From positions 52,148 through 116,147 of the forward strand of contig CASFQO010000011.1 of NCBI GenBank assembly GCA_949297145.1: DNA of 64,000 nt. The letters run 5' to 3'. The position numbers were made by a program, and so were the translations under genes. Below are positions 30,469 through 40,142 of this stretch, one piece after another (position 1 is the first letter of the stretch; each line of letters starts with the position of its first letter). The stretch comes from an uncultured Alphaproteobacteria bacterium. Lineage in GTDB: Bacteria > Pseudomonadota > Alphaproteobacteria > RF32 > CAG-239. The notes under the pieces are model-generated. The model searched no databases. It had not been told where the DNA came from and was given only the letters and a program-made list of their open reading frames with translations.

Positions 30469-32961
30469 ATGACAAACGAAAAAACAGACATAATCAACAC
30501 CCAATATACCAAATCTGATACCATCACTTTTGAAGATGAAAAATATATCCAAAAGCACCTTTCCCCATTATATGCATTTAGCAAAGATTCCGCGTTAAAG
30601 CTCTATCTTCAACAAATTAAAGAACCTCAAAGAATAACCGAGCTGAAAACCCAATATGCTAAAAACACTCAACAATTAGAAAAAAATTTACAACGCCTAA
30701 AATCCGTAGAAGGCAACATTGCCAACAAGCAGTTTCAAACTGAACAAGAATTTGCTTGGTTAGATCGTATCAATGCCTTCCGCACACATCTATTAAGTTA
30801 TCTTCCCCGTTGCTACTATAAAGAAGGTGAAACTTTCATCAATCGGTTTATAATGGAAAATCATCAAGAAGAATATAAAGAAGTTGCCACCCCGCCACAA
30901 TCACATTATATAGAGCCGCATACAAACTATGCACCGGGGATGCACCCACAACAACAAACAATACATGATAGAATAAAGCGCTTTTACTACAATCAATCTT
31001 TACAAAAATTTTATGATGAATTTGTGCAAAAAAATGCAGAATACAAAGAATTTGAACCAAGATATGATATCACCATACCTATCGACAAGCTCAAAAGCGA
31101 TATCTTAAATAAATTTGACACGAGTTCACTACTTCAAGAGCGCGAACGCATCAATAAAGAAATAGAAAGACTAACTGCAGAAAATGAAGAACTAAACCAG
31201 CATCTCAATCAAACACAAGCCTCTCTAATATTAAAACGAGAACGCTTTCTCGCCTATTATGACAAACAACTGTTCTACACAGATTATGAAGATGAGACCG
31301 TCAGCCAAGCCATACAAAATAATCAGTTAATCGGAACTGAAGAACAACAACAATACTTAAAAATTCTCCTCAACACCCTATGCGAATATTCTGAGCTCGG
31401 ACGCGACATCATTCATCAATGCTTAAAAATCGGCACAAAATATGATTTAAGCATTCCCAATAATACGCAACAAACCCATAGCACCTACCAAAATGGAAAA
31501 ATTACACTGCCGGATTTGACCCAACATCCCAAGCAGGCATATTCCATCTTAACGCGGATTATCTATGAATCCAAACATGCCCTGCAAGACACACATCCGG
31601 AATTCACTTTGTATCCCTCTATCAGCAATCGCCTCTTACAAATAAGCCTAAAAGAAAGAGATGCTCTTGCAGCAGCTTGTGCCGTAAGCCACGACCTCAA
31701 AGACATCTATCCTCAAGTATATCAAACAATGCTAAGTAAAGCACCCTATATGCAACGAGCTTACACTCAAAGCATACAAGAAACAAAAGATATCCTGCAA
31801 GCACTCAACAAAACAGCTCTCGCCTGGGATAAAGACTTTGGCGAATATTGCAAAAAACTCATCAGTGAGCATCCTCTTGAACCAAGCCCCACCCAAGCCA
31901 CAGAAATTTCAGATGATATTATGAATATTTCACCCGAAACAATGGCTGAGAAGTATAACATTCGTATATTTGATAAACCCTATCTGGATTTATCAGAAGC
32001 AACCAAACAATCCCTCACCGTAACCGATGACGTCTACGCCCGCCTGACGATTCTTAATAAAATTCCCTCTCAAATGCCCACAGATAACAGTCTGGACTAT
32101 ATCAATCGCCAAACCCAAAACAAGACCACCCAAAAAGATATTTATGGTTTACGCATAACCAAAGCCAAACAGATATCCGCCCCAAAACATTTTACAATAT
32201 CGCCTATAAAACCGACCGCATATCACTATACGAACCTCCCCATAAGAGCATACACATTTGAAACATTACTCGAGCAGATAGCTCAACTTTCTCCTCTGGC
32301 AAAATCACTTCAAGAATATGCTAATGAAAAACACATTACTTTTACCAAAACACGCGGTTTAACCGAAGAGTTGATGCCAAGACCAGCCCTTTATAATTCC
32401 ACCAACAACAGCATCATTTTCAATCAAAGTTATACAGAAGACGAGCAAATTCTCTCCTTTGCAGAAATAATTTTATCTCTGCAATTAACGCTGCTCCCTC
32501 CCGAATTTAAGATAAAATCACAGTTGATATATGCCAATTTATGCCAAGCCGAACAAATCACCAAACTCTATGCTTTAGCAACCGAGCTTTCGCTGCAACA
32601 TCCATTGATATTACAAAAATTAAACACCAAACACCCCCATATCCAAACTTCAGCACCAGAACAAATATTTATGTCATCTCTAAAAGACCCTAAAATTCGC
32701 CACCGTGCTTTAACCTACTTAGAGCAACAATTACCCATCAATAATCAAGAAAAGAAAAACGATGTGTACACCATCGCTCCAACAGAAATAGTAAAGCTTT
32801 TTGCCGAAAATCTACCTTTAAGCGGCAACATCAAAAACATCGCCCAACTGGCTCGCAGCATCACCATGCAAGATTTCCAAAAGCTTCAACTAATCTCGGC
32901 CATCTGGCAAGATACGAGTATAAAAGACCTGCGTCTTATAAACAGTTACGAAGAATTATAA
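30469..32961 (+). CDS. large orphan protein with coiled coils and two degenerate zincin-like (DUF6782-like) repeats
   Basis: 830 aa; YESKHALQ...ERDA and a second copy AEIILSLQ...QAEQ. Confidence 0.6.
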   Translation: MTNEKTDIINTQYTKSDTITFEDEKYIQKHLSPLYAFSKDSALKLYLQQIKEPQRITELKTQYAKNTQQLEKNLQRLKSVEGNIANKQFQTEQEFAWLDRINAFRTHLLSYLPRCYYKEGETFINRFIMENHQEEYKEVATPPQSHYIEPHTNYAPGMHPQQQTIHDRIKRFYYNQSLQKFYDEFVQKNAEYKEFEPRYDITIPIDKLKSDILNKFDTSSLLQERERINKEIERLTAENEELNQHLNQTQASLILKRERFLAYYDKQLFYTDYEDETVSQAIQNNQLIGTEEQQQYLKILLNTLCEYSELGRDIIHQCLKIGTKYDLSIPNNTQQTHSTYQNGKITLPDLTQHPKQAYSILTRIIYESKHALQDTHPEFTLYPSISNRLLQISLKERDALAAACAVSHDLKDIYPQVYQTMLSKAPYMQRAYTQSIQETKDILQALNKTALAWDKDFGEYCKKLISEHPLEPSPTQATEISDDIMNISPETMAEKYNIRIFDKPYLDLSEATKQSLTVTDDVYARLTILNKIPSQMPTDNSLDYINRQTQNKTTQKDIYGLRITKAKQISAPKHFTISPIKPTAYHYTNLPIRAYTFETLLEQIAQLSPLAKSLQEYANEKHITFTKTRGLTEELMPRPALYNSTNNSIIFNQSYTEDEQILSFAEIILSLQLTLLPPEFKIKSQLIYANLCQAEQITKLYALATELSLQHPLILQKLNTKHPHIQTSAPEQIFMSSLKDPKIRHRALTYLEQQLPINNQEKKNDVYTIAPTEIVKLFAENLPLSGNIKNIAQLARSITMQDFQKLQLISAIWQDTSIKDLRLINSYEEL

Positions 32962-34542
32962 AGAAGCCCCAATGAGCTCTCGAGCATATGGCGTCTGCGG
33001 GGCAGAAAAGATATCTTTTGCCATTCCCGTTTCAACAATCACGCCGGCCTTCATCACCGCCACTTCGTGAGCAATAGACCTAACAGCTCGCATATCGTGA
33101 GAAATAAACAAATAAGCGATTCCGGTCGTTTCCTGAATTTTTTTAAGCAATGCGAGAATTTCCGCCTGCACGGTCACATCAAGCGCTGACGTCGGTTCGT
33201 CCAAAATCATAATTTTCGGCTCAATCACCAAGGAACGCGCAATAGCAATACGCTGCCTTTGGCCTCCGGAAAATTCATGCGGATATTTATTTAAGACTTC
33301 ATCCGTAGGAAGCCCCACATCGGCTAAAACCTTTTTGACTTTTTCCAAAACTTCATTTTTCTTCAACTGCGGAAAATGCACTTTAATCCCCTCACTGACA
33401 ATTTCTTGAACAGTCATACGTGGGTTAAGCGAGTTATACGGATCTTGAAAAACAACTTGCACATTTTTGCGAAAATCACGTTCTTTTTGAATATGCACCG
33501 ATTTAGCCGTCAAAATCATCCCGTCATATTTCATCAAATTAGCCAAACACATTCCAAGCGTCGTTTTGCCGGAACCGGACTCTCCCACAACTGCCAATGT
33601 TTTCCCCTCATAAAGAGCCACCGAAACATTTTTTAACGCCTGAATACTTTTTGTTACTTTTCCAAATAAATTTTTCTTAATCGGGAACTCAACGGATAGA
33701 TTTCTGGCTTCCATCAATTTTCTGGAAACAAAATCCTGCCGAACGCTTCTCTGGTTAAAGGCTTCCAACAAACTTTTCGTATACGGATGTATCGGGGCAT
33801 TAAAAATATTTCCGACGCTTCCCTGCTCAACAATAACGCCCTGCCTCATCACCAAAACTCGGTTAGCAATACGTCGTACCAAGTTCAAATCATGCGAAAT
33901 AAAAATAACCGCCATCCCAAATTTTTGTTTTAGTTTAAGAAGAAGATCCAAAATCTGCTTTTGCACCGTCACATCTAACGCTGTCGTTGGTTCATCGGCA
34001 ATCAAAATTTTCGGATGATTAGCCACCGCCATCGCAATCATCACACGCTGCCGCTGTCCTCCGGAAAGTTCAAATGGAAAAGCATTCATGCGTTCATCTG
34101 CATTTTCAATACCCACCAATCGCAACAGATAGCGAGCTCTGGCCCATGCTTTTTTATCTGAAACCGCTTTATGTACCTTGATAATCTCTGCCACCTGCTG
34201 CCCGACTTTAATAAGCGGATTAAGCGAGCTCATCGGCTCCTGAAAAATCATACTGATTTGATTACCGCGAATATTCTCCCACTCTTGCTCAGAGAGCGCC
34301 GTTAACTCACGATTTTCAAACAAAATAGAGTTAGTACTTTTATACAAAACCTTACGCGGATTGATTAACCCCATAATAGAAAGAGCTGTAACCGACTTAC
34401 CCGAGCCCGATTCGCCCACAATAGCCACCACTTCACCTTCATCCACGGTAAAAGAGCTATTATACACCGCAGAAAAGAGAGCGCCGTTTTCATCAATAAA
34501 GCGAACATTCAAACTTCTGACATCTAAAATCGGCTCACTCAT
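32956..34542 (-). CDS. yejF: peptide ABC transporter double-ATPase subunit (YejF-like)
   Basis: Two NBDs: GESGSGKS and GESGSGKT, SGGQRQR, DEPT. Confidence 0.85.
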   Translation of the reverse strand: MSEPILDVRSLNVRFIDENGALFSAVYNSSFTVDEGEVVAIVGESGSGKSVTALSIMGLINPRKVLYKSTNSILFENRELTALSEQEWENIRGNQISMIFQEPMSSLNPLIKVGQQVAEIIKVHKAVSDKKAWARARYLLRLVGIENADERMNAFPFELSGGQRQRVMIAMAVANHPKILIADEPTTALDVTVQKQILDLLLKLKQKFGMAVIFISHDLNLVRRIANRVLVMRQGVIVEQGSVGNIFNAPIHPYTKSLLEAFNQRSVRQDFVSRKLMEARNLSVEFPIKKNLFGKVTKSIQALKNVSVALYEGKTLAVVGESGSGKTTLGMCLANLMKYDGMILTAKSVHIQKERDFRKNVQVVFQDPYNSLNPRMTVQEIVSEGIKVHFPQLKKNEVLEKVKKVLADVGLPTDEVLNKYPHEFSGGQRQRIAIARSLVIEPKIMILDEPTSALDVTVQAEILALLKKIQETTGIAYLFISHDMRAVRSIAHEVAVMKAGVIVETGMAKDIFSAPQTPYARELIGASL

Positions 34543-35534
34543 AATTTCCTCTTATCCAAAGCATCACGCACACCTTCGCCCACAAAAATCAGAGCCGTTA
34601 GCAACAATGACAAAACAAAAAAGATACTAAGCCCAATCCACGGCGCTTGCAAATTATCCTTCCCTTGGCGCACCAAATCCCCCAAAGATGGATACTCATG
34701 ACCAAGTCCGAGCCCCAAAAAGTCTAACGCAGTCAAAGCCACAATAGCCCCCGCCAAAATAAACGGCACAAACGTCACCGTTGTCACCAAAGCATTGGGC
34801 AAAATATGCCGCCAAATAATCCGAAAATTACCCACGCCGATTGCTTTTGCCGCTTTGACATATTCAAAATTGCGCGCCCGCAAAAATTCAGCCCGCACCA
34901 TCCCCGTCAACTCTGTCCAAGAAAAGAGCAACAAAATAAACAATAACGTCCAAAATGTCGGCACAAAAACACTGGCAACAATAATCAAAATAAACATCTG
35001 CGGCATAGATTCCCAAATTTCAATAAATCGCTGCATCAAGATATCCGTTTTGCCGCCAAAATATCCCTGCACTGCCCCGATAAAAATACCGATAGCCGTA
35101 GAAAGAAATGTCAACAAAAAGGCAAACGCAAAAGACAAACGAATGCCATACAACAATCGTGCCACAATATCGCGTCCCTCTTCATCGGTTCCCAGCCAAT
35201 GACGAGAAGAAGGAGCCGCCGGAAAAGGTTCATTAAGTTCATAATCAACCGTATTATAAGAAAATTCAATAAGAGGCATAATCATAAAGCCATCCGCTTC
35301 AATATTTTTCCGAATAAGCTCATCCTTATAATTAGCCTCAGTCGGAAAATCCCCGCCAAATCTGGCATCGGTATATACCTTAAAAATCGGGAAGAAATAT
35401 TCGTCATCATATTTCAACACAATCGGTTTATCGTTGGCAATAAACTCTGCAAAAACCGACAGCAAAAAGATAACGCCCAAAATAAAGAGCGACGTTTTAC
35501 CGCGTTTATTTTTAATATATTTGCCAAACAGCAT
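34539..35534 (-). CDS. yejE: peptide ABC transporter permease (YejE-like)
   Basis: EFIANDKP, LGTD..GRD, RAEFLRAR.FEYV.AA, HILPNA. Confidence 0.88.
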   Translation of the reverse strand: MLFGKYIKNKRGKTSLFILGVIFLLSVFAEFIANDKPIVLKYDDEYFFPIFKVYTDARFGGDFPTEANYKDELIRKNIEADGFMIMPLIEFSYNTVDYELNEPFPAAPSSRHWLGTDEEGRDIVARLLYGIRLSFAFAFLLTFLSTAIGIFIGAVQGYFGGKTDILMQRFIEIWESMPQMFILIIVASVFVPTFWTLLFILLLFSWTELTGMVRAEFLRARNFEYVKAAKAIGVGNFRIIWRHILPNALVTTVTFVPFILAGAIVALTALDFLGLGLGHEYPSLGDLVRQGKDNLQAPWIGLSIFFVLSLLLTALIFVGEGVRDALDKRKL

Positions 35535-35629
35535 ATACCGTTCATCCCAATAAAATAAAACCTACCATTGTTTTATAATGGTAGGCATATTTTTTCAACA
35601 GCTAACTATCTTTATTCGCAATATTTACA

Positions 35630-38032
35630 CTACGGCAGAAGTTGCGGAATTTCTGGCTCGGATGAAGTTTCAACCACAGCCGGAGCAGGTTCAGTTGCCG
35701 CAGGTGCTGCTACAGAAACAACAGCCGGAGCTTGTTCAATTGCCGCAGGTTCTACCACCGGAATCACATCTGGAACTTGTTCAGTCACCGCAGGTTCTAC
35801 CGCCGGATCCACAGCCGGAGCTTGTTCCGTTACCGAGGGTTCAGCCGTCGGTGCCACAGCCGGAGCTTGTTCAGTTGCCGCAGGTTCTACCACCGGAACC
35901 ACAACCGGAGCTTGTTCAGTTGCCGAGGGTTCAGCCTTCACTGGCACAATAACCTTTTCTTGCCCGTCTGATCTTTTTTCAAACTGTTGTGATAAAGAAC
36001 GTATTTCCCCCTTATCATCCATTTCCAAAATTAAATCATCTGTTGGAACAAAAATATTACTGTCATGAATGCGGCTTACACGATTTTCCGACGGAGCAGG
36101 TGCCGCATTATCCACCTGAGCATTTTCTTCACGCTGAGCCTGCAATCGTTTCTGTTCCTGCTGTTCTTTAAGTCTTTGCTGATAAGATTGACTTTTCAAC
36201 TTATACTCTGCATACCAATCTCGATAATTTGCCGCAATATTAGAAATTTTGCTACCACGAATAATAGAATTATTGATAAGATTCTGTTTCAAGCTCAAAG
36301 CTTCATCTTTTTTCAACTTCATATTATCTATGGTATAGCAATAGTCCTGATACCGAATAAGAGTCTTTGTAAAATCACTTGCCAAACAAATATTAGCATT
36401 AATTAAAAACTTCGGATTTTTACCTTTACGAATAGCCAAGTTGACTAATTGATCTTTTACAAAATTTCCATACCGACCGGCCATCATACCGGCCAAATCA
36501 CGAATCGTACTAACTCCTTGCACAATAACATCCGTTTTAGGATTCTTATAACTGGAATTAACCACATCCATATACTCTTGCAATTTACCAATAAGACATT
36601 TCGCCTGATCGGCATAAGCTTTTCTTTTCTCGTCAATTCCTCCATTTTGAATAGAATTATCTTTTAATGCAACCCATTCTTTACGCGGCTTCAAATTGCA
36701 AAATTCATCATACATATAAATATCTGACGGCAAATCCACATAAATAACATAAATCTGCCCTCCTTTATCATGCGCATAATCGTCTGCCGCCTCATCCACC
36801 AAATGAGGAGATCCTTCCAAAGAAACCCTTCTGTTTTCTGCGGAAACTTTAATTCCTTTAAGCGGAGACATATTAGCAAACATTTTAGCCACAGACTTTA
36901 AATTTTGATCTTTAAAGCTTAAAATCCATTCAGCCAACAAAGCATAAATATTTTGCTCCAATGATTTTGTTTTATCATAAAGAGAAACCGTCTTATAATT
37001 TTTAATAACACACCTATCCGTATCCATAGCCCCCGCCTTGATACACGTATTAAACCCAGGCATAGCATACGTACTAATGGCATAACCATTTTCTCTTAAA
37101 TAATCATATAATCGATTCTCTTCCAAACTAAAGTAATCTAAGCCACCATGAATAAAATCCCAATTATTGATAAATTCCGAATAAGCTCTATTACCGCTGG
37201 CCGAGCTTGTATAATCAACCTGATTAAAAATATCAATCATATTACTAACGGTATCATCTTTTTTAATAAAGGCATTCGGATAAATTTCAAAATTATTAAC
37301 AGCATAAAATCCAACCATTAAATCTCGCAACTCTCTAAAATTATGGTCATTTACATTACTTAACAACTGATAAGACGGCAATTTAGGCAACATAAAATAA
37401 ACTAGATTTCCATTTCTTTCTGCCCCACTTTTATTACCCAATGCTTTAACTTCACTATATTCATTTTTTGCAACTGATAAAAATTCATTTTTCTGCACAC
37501 CGATAACCCCAGCAAAGAGAAGTACACATACAACAAACAACATCGCAAACGTTGAGCGAAATGCAAAAAAGATAACTACGCCAATAAGAAGTCCCAGTAA
37601 CCATGAAGACGGAATAATACAAATAAAAGTAAGCCAACTTGCCTTTGTTTTCAACCAATCTTCAATAAACGTATCCACGTTAAACAAAGCAAACTGATTA
37701 AAAAAGACAACCACAAACAGCATGGTCATCAAGGCGCACACAACATTTTGAACATCTTTAGAAAAAGAGAGCAAAAGCATCAAAACAAAAGCAACAGCAA
37801 ATACCCCGCCAAACAAAGCCAACACAGCCTGATTAAATTGTCCACCTTCAATCAACTTTGCATTGATAGAATAAACAAACATTACCATATCAATGGCAAA
37901 CAATAAAAAGATATAAAATGCACGCAAGAATTTATCATAAAAGTGATTAGCATCTCCGCCCCAACTGGCAAAACGGCTGGATCTGCTTTTTTTTCTTAAC
38001 ACCAATGGTTGATTAACGCCTTCGGTCATCAT
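35630..38032 (-). CDS. membrane protein with 5 N-terminal TM helices, large extracytoplasmic domain and P/A/E/V-rich repeat tail
   Basis: About 800 aa; start uncertain (38029, 38032 or 38074). Confidence 0.75.
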   Translation of the reverse strand: MMTEGVNQPLVLRKKSRSSRFASWGGDANHFYDKFLRAFYIFLLFAIDMVMFVYSINAKLIEGGQFNQAVLALFGGVFAVAFVLMLLLSFSKDVQNVVCALMTMLFVVVFFNQFALFNVDTFIEDWLKTKASWLTFICIIPSSWLLGLLIGVVIFFAFRSTFAMLFVVCVLLFAGVIGVQKNEFLSVAKNEYSEVKALGNKSGAERNGNLVYFMLPKLPSYQLLSNVNDHNFRELRDLMVGFYAVNNFEIYPNAFIKKDDTVSNMIDIFNQVDYTSSASGNRAYSEFINNWDFIHGGLDYFSLEENRLYDYLRENGYAISTYAMPGFNTCIKAGAMDTDRCVIKNYKTVSLYDKTKSLEQNIYALLAEWILSFKDQNLKSVAKMFANMSPLKGIKVSAENRRVSLEGSPHLVDEAADDYAHDKGGQIYVIYVDLPSDIYMYDEFCNLKPRKEWVALKDNSIQNGGIDEKRKAYADQAKCLIGKLQEYMDVVNSSYKNPKTDVIVQGVSTIRDLAGMMAGRYGNFVKDQLVNLAIRKGKNPKFLINANICLASDFTKTLIRYQDYCYTIDNMKLKKDEALSLKQNLINNSIIRGSKISNIAANYRDWYAEYKLKSQSYQQRLKEQQEQKRLQAQREENAQVDNAAPAPSENRVSRIHDSNIFVPTDDLILEMDDKGEIRSLSQQFEKRSDGQEKVIVPVKAEPSATEQAPVVVPVVEPAATEQAPAVAPTAEPSVTEQAPAVDPAVEPAVTEQVPDVIPVVEPAAIEQAPAVVSVAAPAATEPAPAVVETSSEPEIPQLLP
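35663..35932 (-). repeat. coding tandem repeat, 6 x 45 bp (EPAATEQAPAVVPVV-like)
   Basis: Six imperfect 15-aa units read directly from the translation. Confidence 0.9.
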
Positions 38033-38147
38033 TCCCTCTTCAAAATTAATTTTTTCTATAAAATAAACCCGCATTACTAAACAAAAACTTAACCAACCAA
38101 CAAAAGAAACATTTTTTCAAAAATAAAAAAGTAATACGCGATAAAAC

Positions 38148-38176
38148 TTGAATTTAAAAAAAATAAACACTATACT
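38148..38176 (+). promoter_or_regulatory. ssrA promoter TTGAAT-N17-TATACT
   Basis: Immediately upstream of the tmRNA acceptor piece. Confidence 0.65.
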
Positions 38177-38184
38177 AAACGAAG

Positions 38185-38487
38185 TTTATGGCTCGCCATA
38201 AACTATGATACGAAAAGCCGTATGAAATAGATATATTGGACCCGGGGGCGGTACCCGGCACCTCCACCAAAAATATTTAAGAGGGGGTGAAACAGGTTAG
38301 ACAGTGTATAGTAAAGATATAGAGCTGTATTCGGCGAGACACCACCGTTATCGGTTCAAAATAAATAAACGCAAATGATAATTTTGCACCAGTTGCTGTA
38401 GCTGCATAAGGCAAAGCAACAAATTAAATTCTTCTGACTATGGTTAGTCGGAAGTGGGGAAGGAGCCGCCTAGCAACAGAACGGCTC
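38185..38487 (+). ncRNA. ssrA: permuted two-piece tmRNA; tag (A)ANDNFAPVAVAA
   Basis: Acceptor piece ends CACCTCCACCA at 38269; 13-nt spacer; coding piece starts GGGGGTG at 38283 with G3.U70 pair; tag ORF 38371..38409; outer ends approximate. Confidence 0.93.
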
Positions 38488-38522
38488 ATTTTGTGTAATA
38501 AAGGATATAGAAAGCGCTGAGG

Positions 38523-38987
38523 ATGACTGAATTTGTAGATGAAATCAACTATGATAAACTAATTGAAAAAGCCCTAAAACAAGTAGTGGTAGAAGCTCTA
38601 AAAATAGCAGAATTTCAAGGTTTACCCGGTGAAAATCACTTTTATATTACGTTCAAGACATCCTTTCCGGGAACAGTTGTCCCGCGTGATTTAAAAATTC
38701 AATATCCGGATAGTATGACGATAGTTCTCCAACATCAATATTCAAACCTAAAAGTAGATGAAACAAGCTTTTCCGTAGACCTAAGTTTCGGAGGTCATCT
38801 GGAAACATTGGTTATCCCTTTCGATTCGATAACTTATTTTGCAGATCCATATGCCAAATTCGGCTTAAGCTTTTCTTTCTATGAAAACGGAGATGTTCAT
38901 TCTTTGGAAGATTTGGAACCGGAGAAAAAAGTTTCCGGTGAAAGTGCCCAAATCATTTCTTTTGACAGTTTCAGAAAGAAAAAATAA
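38523..38987 (+). CDS. sspB: ClpXP adaptor SspB, alphaproteobacterial type
   Basis: GLPGE.HFYITF.T, YP..MTIVLQHQ, F.DP...FGL, C-terminal ISFDSFRKKK. Confidence 0.92.
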   Translation: MTEFVDEINYDKLIEKALKQVVVEALKIAEFQGLPGENHFYITFKTSFPGTVVPRDLKIQYPDSMTIVLQHQYSNLKVDETSFSVDLSFGGHLETLVIPFDSITYFADPYAKFGLSFSFYENGDVHSLEDLEPEKKVSGESAQIISFDSFRKKK

Positions 38988-39205
38988 TGAAAAAATTTTC
39001 AGTTGTCATTGCCCATCGCCATGCAACCAGCATTTCTTTGGAAGAAGAATTCTATACTGAGTTATGCAAATTGGCAACCGAACAAAACACCACGGTAAAG
39101 CAGCTGATAACAGACATTGATAAAACACGCACGACACCTAATCTGTCATCTGCTCTGCGCCTTTACGTCCTCAATAAGCTTCTTGAAAAATTACAGCAAA
39201 AGTAA
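38987..39205 (+). CDS. ribbon-helix-helix domain protein
   Basis: H.TSISLEEEF...NLSSALRLYVL. Confidence 0.85.
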   Translation: MKKFSVVIAHRHATSISLEEEFYTELCKLATEQNTTVKQLITDIDKTRTTPNLSSALRLYVLNKLLEKLQQK

Positions 39206-40039
39206 CTAAAACAGATTTAAATCTTCAAAAGCATCATCTGAAAACACATCTTCTTCCAACGTTTTAGAAGAACCATTTTGTGGCATCTGTTGCTTTTCAT
39301 TTTCACCGGATGATGATAGTTGCGGAATAGCTTTCTCCTGAATATCTACCGAAACTTCTGATGATGGAGCAACCCCCGATGATGCAGAAGAAGTTTCCTC
39401 AGTTTTTTCCTCAACTTTCACATCCTGCGCACTTTCCTGAGCTTCCTCAACAACCTTAGCGTCAGATGCCTTACCTAAAATATCTGCCAAACCACCTGCA
39501 GCCCCCATATCGGCATCAAGTGTTCTCTGTACATTCCTGGCAGGAGGCGTAATACTTTCGGCATTTTGCTCAGCAACATTCTCGTCATCAGCCCCTTTCT
39601 TCTTAAAACCGCGACGACGTTGTTTCAAATCTTGCTTAACTTCTTCAACCTTAGTATCTCTGCTGATATTTTCATTATAATTTTCACTTTTTGGACGTGC
39701 CGCCTCAAGCTTTTCTTCTTCCATTTTTTGTTTTGTCTTTATAACTTCATCCACAATAGCTTGCGGGATAAAATCAGTTTTACCACTTTCCACCGCTTGT
39801 GTCACCACATCATACTTCAATTTTTTATATTTATCTTGGTACCACTGTAGTATCTCTTCAGATTTAACACCTTGGCTCATCGGATAATAAACAGCCCCAC
39901 CGGCCCCCAAACACAGCAAAAATAAAATCCACAGAGGATGTCTCAAAACAAACAATATCGCAAAAATCGGAAATGTAATAACACTAAGCACGATATAAAG
40001 AAATTTAAATAATCCGCTTCTTTGTTTACCTTCTGCCAT
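39206..40039 (-). CDS. hypothetical membrane-anchored protein with acidic low-complexity tail
   Basis: Two N-terminal TM helices; SD GGAGG. Confidence 0.75.
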   Translation of the reverse strand: MAEGKQRSGLFKFLYIVLSVITFPIFAILFVLRHPLWILFLLCLGAGGAVYYPMSQGVKSEEILQWYQDKYKKLKYDVVTQAVESGKTDFIPQAIVDEVIKTKQKMEEEKLEAARPKSENYNENISRDTKVEEVKQDLKQRRRGFKKKGADDENVAEQNAESITPPARNVQRTLDADMGAAGGLADILGKASDAKVVEEAQESAQDVKVEEKTEETSSASSGVAPSSEVSVDIQEKAIPQLSSSGENEKQQMPQNGSSKTLEEDVFSDDAFEDLNLF

Positions 40040-40142
40040 ACTTCCTCCGTAATTTTATCATATGCACAAACTTTTCTAATAGAATAATACAAGTTTATAT
40101 TTAAAACAAGCTTAATACATAAGCAATCAAACATTTCTCTGT

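Noticed and set aside
30217-32961. tRNA-anchored genomic island
   Set aside because: No integrase and no duplicated tRNA 3' end; the orphan lies on the 5' side of the tRNA.
35663-35932. Regularly spaced repeats resembling a CRISPR array; also the plus-strand ORFs 35568..36068 and 35578..35952
   Set aside because: These are contiguous 45-bp coding repeats with no unique spacers and no cas genes; the plus-strand ORFs are antisense shadows.
38078-38093. CtrA-like TAAA-N7-TTAAC upstream of the large membrane protein
   Set aside because: Imperfect match and expected by chance in AT-rich DNA.
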